Below, piece after piece: positions 16,801 to 25,400 of a stretch of DNA of 64,000 bases. A program made the translations under genes and the position numbers. The stretch lies in contig OZ244207.1 of NCBI GenBank assembly GCA_965216875.1, positions 896,001 through 960,000 on the forward strand, given 5' to 3'. Position 1 is the stretch's first letter. The number at the start of each line of letters is the position of its first letter. The notes under the pieces were generated by a model that worked only from the letters and a program-made list of their open reading frames with translations, was not told the DNA's origin and did no database searches. This stretch comes from Rubripirellula sp. Its GTDB lineage: Bacteria > Planctomycetota > Planctomycetia > Pirellulales > Pirellulaceae.

Positions 16801-18834
16801 CGTTTTCGGCTTGTTTCGTTCGACCGATGCAATGGCGACATGACGAAAGCCGGTCGCTTGGGCGAGGTGACGAACCAAACTTGCACAGTAGTCTCGGCCG
16901 GTGACACGTGAGGTGCCTTCGACCACCAAGTCCATCGCTTCTCGCGAGCGACGGAATTGACGCTCGGCTTGCACGCGGTCCGTGGCGTCAACGACCAGCA
17001 TGTAAAACCCGACTAGCGATCCCGCATCCGAAACGTGAGGTGCATAGGTGACGTGCCAATGTCGTTGTCCCGAAGGCGTATCGACCGTGGTCTCGAAATC
17101 GACCGTCTCGCCTTCCTGGACGCGTCGAATGTAGGGGACGAGTTCGTGGTAGTGTTCTTCAGTGACCGTTTCGGCAATCGTCTGGCCGTGTGCGTGTGGC
17201 GGCAATGAACTGAGCCCTCGGTGCCACCACGATTTGCAGGTTGCGTTGAGGTAGACGTACCGTTCATCCATGTCGACATAGGCGATCAGGACCGGTAACG
17301 AGTCGGCCATCACCTTCATCTGCTGTTCGCGTTTGCGTAGATTGGCCTCGGTCAGCTTCTTTTCATGGATGTCTTCAGTGATGCCGGTGATCCGTTGAAT
17401 GATTCCAACGTCATCCAAAAGCGGGACGAAGCAGGACCGAAAATGACGATTCGCGGACGTCTTGAACTCGAAAAAACTCGTTTCACCTTCGTAGGCTTGT
17501 TCGAGCAGGTCCGAGACACGCTGACGATCTTCGTCACAGACGGCCGAGAGGTATTTGACGCCGATAACTTCGGACTCGTTGGAAAGCCCGAGCATTTCGA
17601 GGCCGGTTTTGTTCATCGACGAAATCGTGCCATTCAGTTCGATTTCGTGAATGCAAAACGGAGCATTGTTGATCAGTCGTCGATACCGTTCCTCGCTTTC
17701 GGTCAACCGGCGGACGGTTTCTTTTTGCTCGGTGACATCGAGCGCTACGCCGATTGTCCCAATGATCTGTCCTTGGCTGTCGGTCAACGGTTCCATGTGG
17801 GCATGGAACACTCGATCCAACACTTCGTTTTCATACCCGCATGATTCACCACTGAGTGCCCGCAAATGTTGGGCATAGGGCATGTAGTTCGGATCGTCCG
17901 ACTGCAAAAAGTCCGAGACCTTTGTGCCGACCACCTGGTCGGGTTCCAAACCGAGGTCTGCGAGTCCACCACCGGCCGACAGGGTGAATTGCAAGTCGCA
18001 GTTGGTCGTCCAAAGAACTGCGGGGACCTGATCAACGAACATGCGAAGTCGCTCTTCGTTTTGTCGTAGCTCCTCGGCGACCTGTTTCCGTTCGCTGATG
18101 TTGTTGACGAAGGCGAAGACGAACTCTTCACCTTGGTACTCCATCAACGATGTGACGATTTCGACAGGGATCATCCGCCCGTCGAGATGTTGGATTTGTG
18201 TCTCAAAGTTGAGGCGTCTTTGCTGTTGCATCGACGCCCAATATTGTGGCCAAACCTCGGGCGGATAGGACGGGTCAATGTCGTGCACGTTCATCGTCAA
18301 CAACGTTTCACGTGGGTACCCGAATTCACGCGTCGTTTGGTCGTTGACGTAAAAGAAACTTGCGTCTTTGCGAATCCAAAAAACGGAGACGCTGCAACTG
18401 TCGACCGAGAACTTGGTGAATTGCAACTCTTCCTGGTTGCGTTTCTGCTCGGTGATGTCGTCCACAATCGCGATGTGTGTGGTCGGCGCGTCGCCAGGTT
18501 GCCACATTGCCGAGACGGACAAATTGATCCAGCGGTAGGTTCCGTTGCGATGACGCAAGCGTTTTTCGAGACTGAAGGATCGAATCTCGCCCGTCAGCAG
18601 GCGGTTCATTTGTTCCACGTCGGTCTCGAGATCGTCGGGATGGGTCAGGTCCATCCACGTCTTTCCGATCAATTCTTGTTGGGTCGTGTCGAGGATCTCG
18701 CAGTACCGCTGGTTGGCCCTCAGGATCTCGCCGGTGATGGAATCGAGCTGGCCGATTCCGACCGCGGCGTTTTCAAAGATCGCCTGGTACGGAGTGATCT
18801 CATCCGCTCGTTCATCCATCGACGTCGGAATCAA
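13849..18834 (-). CDS. Soluble multi-PAS/GAF sensor histidine kinase (FixL/NtrB-like transmitter)
   Basis: About 10 PAS/PAC repeats ending in D(I/V)TE. GAF with GTPCEQVI. H-box GEMVAGIAHEVKQPL, N-box QVMVNLLHNA, DNGPGI, FYTTKTSGMGMGL. TTG start after AGGAG. No TM segment seen. Confidence 0.93.
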   Translation of the reverse strand: MIPTSMDERADEITPYQAIFENAAVGIGQLDSITGEILRANQRYCEILDTTQQELIGKTWMDLTHPDDLETDVEQMNRLLTGEIRSFSLEKRLRHRNGTYRWINLSVSAMWQPGDAPTTHIAIVDDITEQKRNQEELQFTKFSVDSCSVSVFWIRKDASFFYVNDQTTREFGYPRETLLTMNVHDIDPSYPPEVWPQYWASMQQQRRLNFETQIQHLDGRMIPVEIVTSLMEYQGEEFVFAFVNNISERKQVAEELRQNEERLRMFVDQVPAVLWTTNCDLQFTLSAGGGLADLGLEPDQVVGTKVSDFLQSDDPNYMPYAQHLRALSGESCGYENEVLDRVFHAHMEPLTDSQGQIIGTIGVALDVTEQKETVRRLTESEERYRRLINNAPFCIHEIELNGTISSMNKTGLEMLGLSNESEVIGVKYLSAVCDEDRQRVSDLLEQAYEGETSFFEFKTSANRHFRSCFVPLLDDVGIIQRITGITEDIHEKKLTEANLRKREQQMKVMADSLPVLIAYVDMDERYVYLNATCKSWWHRGLSSLPPHAHGQTIAETVTEEHYHELVPYIRRVQEGETVDFETTVDTPSGQRHWHVTYAPHVSDAGSLVGFYMLVVDATDRVQAERQFRRSREAMDLVVEGTSRVTGRDYCASLVRHLAQATGFRHVAIASVERNKPKTASAVAVCSDGEMADHFEYDLEGTPCEQVISQGQCLYASDVQKTFPTDDVLRALDGQSYLGAPLINSSGDTIGVLFAIDRKPMDDHHFQQQILQLFADRAAAELERMSVEQALRASEELYRNVVELSPGVIIVHVEGRIVFANPAATRLFGCELQSMMGRSIIDLFVPADRERVANRIRRITDHGETVEPNEMRLLRDDGQIADIEAIGTPIQFGGKSAVLAMAFDITERKRFENALQITQHSVDNSHTAIFWITPKGEFAYVNQAACDLVGYTEPDLLELNAADLGVGYNDSFWQQVKNRQSVTYQTKARRGDDTEVPVLLSASYFEFNGQEYVLAFLTNISDQVRAETALRENEERFRLAFDQQFQFMAILDADGRVVEINDLPLRMQNASRDDYIGKYFWDAPAWEKLPEWRETIRQRVLDAPKSDEPLLTEDTYMRGDGSLGVAMAAYSVIRKQTGELRFILVQATDITERRNAEIKLRDGEKRFRAIFNSTFQFIGLLTIDGRLLEANETALQFGNVEPEDVLGRPFWETFWWCDDPPRMQRLQDAIKAAADGQFVRYTEEVRGANSVETIDFSIKPVLDDDGRVTLLVPEGRVITAQKRAEDARRKNEELLEVTNRLASVGGWELDLETRVLSWSAQTCRIHEVSPDYRPDLDTAVNFYAPEARPVISDAVDAAVKTGACWDLELPLITAKGNRRWVRAQGVAERIDGKVVRLHGALHDITELRDAEEESRKHRDLLAHVTRLSTMGEMVAGIAHEVKQPLYAITNFATASSVTLDNLENNVIDASTIGELAEWNQGVRQASKRASEIIKRLREFSQRRESTRDRLDIAQVVGESIELVAFEARRFEVQVETLFEEDLPPVYADRVQVEQVMVNLLHNAYEALSDQDVARRVTVRIRRGDGVVELEIEDNGPGIPVDQHGKLFEAFYTTKTSGMGMGLAISQTIIEDHGGRLWGSVNDEGGATFHVTLPYRREATMHT

Positions 18835-18883
18835 GAGACGACTCCTTTCGTGACCGGCGCAATGCCTTGGAATCGTTGCGCAT

Positions 18884-18937
18884 CACTCCGCGAAAGATGT
18901 GGATGCGGGCGCTGCTTTCGCGGAGCGCAAGGCGACA
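18884..18937. repeat. REP family D inverted pair
   Basis: CTCCGCGAAAG (18886-18896) inverted to CTTTCGCGGAGCGCAAGGCGACA (18915-18937). Confidence 0.65.
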
Positions 18938-19229
18938 TTGCAAGTCTCGGGAGAGAACGCCAGCAGCCGGCATTCATTGCTGGCAGCAGCATCAGATGGC
19001 ATCGATGCGCGGTCATTGCGACTCAAATCCCCCAAGGTCGTACCCGGTGCAACCGTCGCAATCTTCGTTCGAGGGCGCGCGCCGTTGCCAGACAGATATC
19101 CGAATTGACTTGCGGGTAGCCGCAGGCTGTTTTTGGGATTCGGTCCAGTGACAGTCTTAACGGGGGGAAACGTCCTCGGAAAGCCGCACCCCCCCATCTA
19201 TCGGCGTCGAATACTCGCCACGTGCAGCA

Positions 19230-19880
19230 CTAGCGTGCTGATTCGACACTGGATGGTAGAGGGCGGCCGTGCTGGGCCGTTTCTTCGTCGGGTTCCGGCG
19301 CGGCAAAGCTTGTATGGACGGGCATCACGCCGGCCCAGATGTCTTGCCCGTAGTCCTCGGCCTCATCGACAGGTGGTCCGGTGCGAATTTTTGCGGAGGC
19401 CGATTCGATCTTCATCTCGAGCACCGAGGTTGCCTTGAGTTCCTGCGGATTGGGCGCCCGAACTTCTTCCCAGCGTCCTTTGAGGACTTGGTCGGAAATC
19501 ACCTTGAGTGCATCCGTTTTCTTGTCGTCCCCTTCGATCAGCTGAGCGGTTCCAAACAGGACTGCGGAACGATAATTCATCGAGTGATGAAAAGCCGATC
19601 GGGCGAGAACGAGTCCGTCAAAGTGAGTGACGCAGACACTGACATCTACACCATCGCTAAGCCGCTTGACCATTCGGCTGACCGTCGCCCCGTGAAAGAA
19701 GAGCGAGTCGTCACTGCGGCCATAGATCGTCGGGATCACAAAGGGCTGGCCTTGAGCATCCGAAAAGCCGACATGGCAGACTGAGCCCGCATCGAGGATG
19801 TCGAAAACGGTCTTGCGATCGTAGTGTCCTCGATTCGGGACACGTTTGACCTGGTTGCGTGGCGTTTTTTCGAATGACAA
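19230..19880 (-). CDS. Pyridoxamine 5'-phosphate oxidase family / flavin-nucleotide-binding (NimA-like) protein
   Basis: R..YDR...ILD...CHVGF, PFVIPT.Y, HG...SRM, DGLVLARSAFHHSMNYRS, SAKIRTGPP, WAGV.P. Confidence 0.9.
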   Translation of the reverse strand: MSFEKTPRNQVKRVPNRGHYDRKTVFDILDAGSVCHVGFSDAQGQPFVIPTIYGRSDDSLFFHGATVSRMVKRLSDGVDVSVCVTHFDGLVLARSAFHHSMNYRSAVLFGTAQLIEGDDKKTDALKVISDQVLKGRWEEVRAPNPQELKATSVLEMKIESASAKIRTGPPVDEAEDYGQDIWAGVMPVHTSFAAPEPDEETAQHGRPLPSSVESAR

Positions 19881-19919
19881 ACCGGCGGCTCCAAGGGGTG
19901 TGTGTCGTGGGTGAGTTTA

Positions 19920-19944
19920 GGGACTCGTGGCCTCGTCCACTACC
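19920..19944 (-). repeat. REP family A singlet
   Basis: Reverse complement GGTAGTGGACGAGGCCACGAGTCCC. Confidence 0.8.
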
Positions 19945-20010
19945 GACACTGGTTGGGGAACCGGGTTCGCCTGGGAGCGCGCATAAAAAATCGGCCCTAA
20001 CCTGATGAGA

Positions 20011-20058
20011 GAAAACCCGGTCCGAGCGTGCGAGGCGGACGCACACTCGGAAACCGGG
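20011..20058 (-). terminator. Probable intrinsic terminator downstream of amt
   Basis: Imperfect stem CCCGGTCCGAGCGTGCG...CGCACACTCGGAAACCGGG followed by TTTT on the minus strand. Confidence 0.55.
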
Positions 20059-20156
20059 ACCTCTGGCCCAGGCAAGAGCCGAGAAGTACAGATCAAAAAA
20101 CAAGAGTGGTTCAGGGCTGCGTATGTCAGACAGCCCTGAAGCTCACTCCTGATTTC

Positions 20157-21650
20157 TTAAGCCGAGGTTGGAGGTGCAGCGGTGACACCTTCAGGAACGG
20201 CATCGTGTGGGTAGGCGTGCATCCCGTGTTCGGAGATGTCCAAGCCAACCGTTTCTTCTTCGACACTGACACGGACTCCGAAGACTGCCTTCAAGGCACC
20301 GAAGACGATCAGCGAGAAGACGAATGCGAATGCACTGATGGCCAGTGTTCCAACAAGTTGTGTCATGACACTGTGCTCGGGGTCGAGCGAGAAGATGCCG
20401 ACAGCGAGCGTACCCCAGATACCACAAACACCGTGGACCGAGATCGCACCGACAGGGTCGTCAATCTTGCAGCGATCGATTGCGATGATCGAAACCACAA
20501 CCAAAGCACCAGCGATGGCACCGATCAAGATCGAAGAACCTTCACCGACGGTGTCAGCACCAGCGGTGATACCGACCAAGCCGGCCAGGATACCATTGAG
20601 AGCCATGGTCACATCATGCTTGGACAACAGTGCCCAAGAAACGATGATCGAAGTGACAGCACCGGCACAAGCAGCGAGGCTCGTGGTAGCGAATACGTAC
20701 GAGACAGCTTTCGGGTCAGCAGCGAGAGCCGAACCACCATTGAAGCCGAACCAACCGAACCAAAGCAGGAAGACGCCGATCGCAGCAAGTGGCATGCTGT
20801 GACCTGGAATCGCGGTGATACCCGAAGGCATGTACTTACCAGTACGAGGCCCAAGGATGATGGCACATGCCAGAGCAGCGAAACCACCGAAGGCGTGCAC
20901 GATGCTCGAACCAGCGAAGTCGTAGAAGCCAGCTTGGTCGAGCCATCCGCCGCCCCACTTCCAGCTACCAGTGACTGGGTAAGCGAAGCCAACCAACAAG
21001 GTTGCGAAGAGCATGAAGACAGGAAGTTTGACGCGTTCTGCAACGGCACCCGAAACGATCGTCGCGGCAGTTGCACAGAACATGGCTTGGAAGATGAAGT
21101 CACCCCACCAAGTGTAGCCAGCGTTGTACTCGTGAGTGGTCAAGGCAGTGTCGTTGAGCGAACCGCCGAACCAGCTGCCGGTGGCGAACACGCCATCGAT
21201 CAAGAACTCACCGGGGTACATCGCGTTGAAACCCCATGCGGCGTAAAGCAGCAAGCCGGTACAAACGATCCATACGTTCTTGAAGATAATGTTGACGGCA
21301 TTCTTCTTTTGCGTCAGACCTGCTTCGAGTGTCGTGAAGCCAAGGTGCATGATGAACACCAAAGCAGCCGAGATACAAATCCACAGGTTGTTGACCGTGA
21401 AGACCGCGTATTCGGGGGAAGCGATGTACTCGTCGCTCGAGTAAGCGCTTTCGGGAGTGGCGGCGGCCTCTTCTGCTTCTTCCTCAGCGGGCTCTTCGGC
21501 AGGCGCTTCGGTTTCCGCCACTTCGGCGGCTGTGTCGGTTTCAGCGTCTTGAGCAAAGACAGCTGGAGTGGTGATCAAACCGAGGGCTAAAACCCCCAAC
21601 ATGATCCATGGGATGTGGGCGCGAGTTCGCGCCAGACTGATCAATTGCAT
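20157..21650 (-). CDS. amt: Ammonium transporter (Amt family)
   Basis: FIMHLGF..LEAG, FQAMFCATAATIVSGAVAER, DFAGSSIVH, LWFGWFGFNGGS, NGILAGLVGITAG, DDPVGAISVHG. Both pore His present. Signal peptide and acidic N-extension. AGAGGG RBS before ATG 21650. Confidence 0.96.
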   Translation of the reverse strand: MQLISLARTRAHIPWIMLGVLALGLITTPAVFAQDAETDTAAEVAETEAPAEEPAEEEAEEAAATPESAYSSDEYIASPEYAVFTVNNLWICISAALVFIMHLGFTTLEAGLTQKKNAVNIIFKNVWIVCTGLLLYAAWGFNAMYPGEFLIDGVFATGSWFGGSLNDTALTTHEYNAGYTWWGDFIFQAMFCATAATIVSGAVAERVKLPVFMLFATLLVGFAYPVTGSWKWGGGWLDQAGFYDFAGSSIVHAFGGFAALACAIILGPRTGKYMPSGITAIPGHSMPLAAIGVFLLWFGWFGFNGGSALAADPKAVSYVFATTSLAACAGAVTSIIVSWALLSKHDVTMALNGILAGLVGITAGADTVGEGSSILIGAIAGALVVVSIIAIDRCKIDDPVGAISVHGVCGIWGTLAVGIFSLDPEHSVMTQLVGTLAISAFAFVFSLIVFGALKAVFGVRVSVEEETVGLDISEHGMHAYPHDAVPEGVTAAPPTSA

Positions 21651-21825
21651 TGAACCCTCTACGGTGGGAAACGGGATGGGGACCGTGCGACGTTTCACAC
21701 GGTCGAACTCATTCGTTGAGCCAAACGCGTTACACCACCAACTCCTGCCCGGGCCATCTTCAAATCGCTCGTGAGCCGATTGCGGTGCTCAAAAAGTAAC
21801 GTCCGCTCGTTGACGGGCAGCTGTT

Positions 21826-21841
21826 AGCAACCAGCGAGCCA
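21826..21841 (-). promoter_or_regulatory. Sigma54 (-24/-12) promoter of amt
   Basis: Minus strand TGGCTCGCTGGTTGCT matches TGGCACG-N4-TTGCW with exact GG-N10-GC spacing. Confidence 0.8.
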
Positions 21842-21939
21842 AAGAGTGTGCGGGGCACCGCATAGGTCACGTTAAGTACATGCGAGATAACAACTTAAAT
21901 AAATTGCGAGATTTTTTGATTAAGCCGGTTTTGGGGCCG

Positions 21940-22022
21940 TGCCTAGGAAATGTGCATGGTAAACATGCAGATCCAGCGTGGCCTGCCTGCTTGCCGTGCA
22001 GGCATCGCCTGTTTTTGATGCA
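21940..22022. promoter_or_regulatory. Three NtrC-like enhancer boxes
   Basis: TGCCT-N7-GTGCA at 21940-21956 and 21984-22000, CGCCT-N7-ATGCA at 22006-22022. They resemble TGCAC-N7-GTGCA and lie ~100-180 bp upstream of the sigma54 site, with an AT-rich spacer between. Confidence 0.65.
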
Positions 22023-22269
22023 GTGGGGGAATCGGCACTCTTAGCATTTCCTTAACGCAGGACGGTTTCCCTTATGTTTCACGAAACCGGCCACAATGGG
22101 GGCCGCGCCAGGCGAGCCGTTGCATGGTTTGCTAGCAAGCGTTCAGCGGGCGGGCGCGGGGTTGGACGGCGGGCGGGCGCGGCGTTGGAGAGCTGTTTGG
22201 GAAGAGGCCGCTGAGCGGCAAAGAGCGTGTTCCCACGGGGACCGTCGGAACAAGGTTCGGCGCCGCGTT

Positions 22270-22378
22270 TCACTCTCCCTTGGGAGAGTCGGGCTCTCAG
22301 GCCCGGAGAGGGTTTGTTCTTTAAGCGTCGTTCCCTCCCCGGACTTTGCGTCCGACCCTCCCGCAAGCGGGAGGGTGA
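22270..22378. repeat. Palindromic repeat element, family E (CCCTCCC..GGGAGGG type)
   Basis: TCACTCTCCCTTGGGAGAGTCGG...CCGACCCTCCCGCAAGCGGGAGGGTGA. Related element at 48639-48740. Confidence 0.75.
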
Positions 22379-22446
22379 TTTTTGGGAGCGCGCGTTAACC
22401 TGGGCAAACACTTCCCCTCATGGCACCGCAACTACAATCCGCGGCA

Positions 22447-25400
22447 CTACTTTCCGGCGGTACTGTTGCTGATGACGTTCAGGTCATAGCTATGGCTGGA
22501 GAGTCCGAACTGTAGCGGCCGCAGGTTGGCTTGGTGGATCGACGAGAGCACTTGGCTTGGTGCATCCTGCATCACGCTTTGCACAGTCGGTCGGGGTGAG
22601 AAGAACATGCTCGGGTGCAACGCCGGTTGGAAGTAGCGGCGGGTGTTGTATTGGCCGTCTTCGCCGAGGGTGTGAATGGCGCCGATCGCTTCGGCCGTCA
22701 TCGCATGAGGATGCTCCCAGATCACCGCACCTGGGAAGGTCGCGATCCAGTTGCCGCCTTGGTCGGCAATGACCGTGCGGGTTCCGACAACGTTTCCGGT
22801 GTCGTCGTAGATTCGCAACACAAGCGTCGTGCCGGGTTCGGCCAAGCCGCTGTAGATCGGATCGACCGGAAGCGGCTTTGTGTGACGAAGCGGGTCTTCG
22901 CGGTAGGCGTACCACTCGATGTCGTCGTCAAATCCGGTGCGTTGCATGAAGTCGTTGGTCGAGTCGAATGCATACTGCAGCAACTCGCGACCATCGACGT
23001 CGGTGTTGTTGGAAAGGATCAAGTCTGGCCCGTTGGCTCCGTCGTCGAAGATGATCGATGTGAACTCGATGAGGTTGGCCAGGGGATCGTCGGTCACGAT
23101 CGGGATCGATGCCATCACCGTGAGCGTTCGAATGTCGGTGCCACGTCCGGCGACCGTGCCAAGGTCCCATTCGATCGTTCCGTTGGTTGCGTTGAAGCTT
23201 GCCGCAGGATCCATCAACACGATCGAGCTCGGGTCGATCAATGTCATCGGCAGCGAGGTGATCACTTCCACGTTGTCACCACCCTGGCTGCCGAGGTTGC
23301 CGGCCGTGATCGTGAATGAAATCTTGTCCGATGGGCTGAACGTGTGATCGGGCGCGGCATCGATTTCGATGTCGACAAAGAACTCGGGCGTCGCATTCAG
23401 GATCGTGAAGGCTTCGGCGTGGTTGTTGTCCAGTGGCCCGTCATTGTCATCGGTCGGGTCCTCGCCGTTTGTGCCGTCGTCGCAGGCGATGACGTCAATT
23501 TCGAAATTGGTTTTCAGCGAAGCGACGGGGTCGAGCACATCGGCGCGGATGATCAGCGTCGAACTGTCGCCAGAAACCATGGCGCCGGCGTCCCAGGTAA
23601 TGTCGCCTGTGAGTGGGTTGAAATTGATGGACCCTGGCGGGATCGGATTGCCGAGTGTGTCTTCGAAGACAACGCTGGCGGGATCGATGACCGTGATGTC
23701 GATGTTGATCTTGCCTTCGACACCGGTCGCTTCTTGATCGCCATCATTGTGGATTGTGACGTCGTAGACGACCGAGTCGCCTGGTTCAACGACGGGTGGC
23801 GTTCGATTGACGATCGTTCGAAGGTCGGGCACCGCATCGACAATGTCGGTGTCGGTATTCGCGTTGTTGGTCAAGTTGTCGTCGACGCCGTGAAGTCCAT
23901 CGTCGGTGATCGTGGCAACGACATCGACGTCGTCAATCCCGGCATCGAGAGCGCCAAGGACATCGGCGGTGACGGTGCGCGTGAGCATTCCGCCCTCGGG
24001 GATGTTGCCGATGTTAAAGGTGATCGTTCCTGCTGCGACGTTGATGACGGCGGTCGGGTCGGTCGACGCGATGTTTTCGAGCACATTGGTTGGCAGGTTG
24101 ACGACCAGTTGGCTGCCACTGGCCCGGCTCGTGCCAAGGTTTTCGATGTCGATCGTGTAGGTCACGGCTTGGCCGGTGCCAACCACGGTAACGTTGTCGG
24201 TGATTGTCACTGACAGATCGGGAGAACCGTGGTAACCAAAGTCTTGTCCAACGACGTTTGCGCCGGCACCCAAAGCGACTTCGGCCGTGTCGGGCGTTGC
24301 GACGTGCCCATTGGGATCGAACGTCGGTTTGTCACCGATCGAGTCGGGTAGCGTTGCCGGGTCGACAGTGATCGTGTGTGTGCCTGCAAACAGGTTCGTG
24401 AACGAGTACGAACCGTCGGCGGCGGTGGTGACCGTTTGGGTGAAGTCGTCATTGCCGTCTCCATCGAGGTCGACGTCGATCGTGACCTCGACTCCGCCTT
24501 GCCGGCGATCCCCCAAGTTCTCGACACCGTCATCGTTGACGTCATAGACCAACACGCCCGTGATGCTGCCGGTTCCAGTGAATCCGAGGTCGACATCGGT
24601 TCGATTGGCTGACGTGGCGAGCGTGACTTCAGCGGTGTCGGCGACGACCCCCACGCCGTCATCCGGAGCAGCGGTGTTGATCGATCCGGCTGGCGGTGCG
24701 ACCACACTGACGCGATAGTCACCGGCAAGCAGATTGGCGATCGAGTAGTTTCCGGTCAGGTTGGTTGTGGTCGTGTAGGTCATGTCGTCGCCTGTCCCGA
24801 ACGTGCCGTCGAGACCTGCGAAGATCACTTGAACGGTTTGATTGGCGATTCCGACTTCACCAAGGTCTTGTGTGCCATTGGCGTTGGCGTCGTACCAGAC
24901 GCGATCAGAAATCGAACCGTTGCCACGGTAGCCAAAGTCGACGTTGTTTTGCGTGCCGGTCAGTGCAAAGTCGCCGCGACTATTGAGCGTGCCATCGATG
25001 TCGTAGGTTTGGATCGGTGCGTCAGGAACGTCGGCGGTATCGACGGTGACTCGGTAAAGGCCGTCGAAGAGTCCGGTGAAGTCGAAGTTGCCTCCTGCGG
25101 TGGTGTCGACAACAAGCGAGACATCGTCGCCGGTACCGAACAAACCATCTTGCCCAGCACCTTGCAGCGTCATCGTCGTGCCGACAAAGCCATCTTCGTT
25201 GCTAGCCGCTTGCACTCCATTTGCGTCGCCGTCAAAGAAGACGATACCGTCGGCCGAGCCAGTGCCGCGAAGTCCAAAGTCGGTCGTCGTGTTCGTGATC
25301 CCGACGCCAAGGTTGACCAGGGTCGAGGCGCCAACGGATTGTGGCGAACTGAACGAAGTCAAACCGGTCGGTAGGTCAATGTCGGCCGTGTCGATGGAAA

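Noticed and set aside
20028..21590. 520-aa plus-strand ORF
   Set aside because: Antisense shadow of amt with no recognisable motifs; expected from codon bias in GC-rich DNA.
22079..22472. Short ORFs between amt and the adhesin
   Set aside because: They run through GC-rich palindromic repeat DNA and have no protein-like features.
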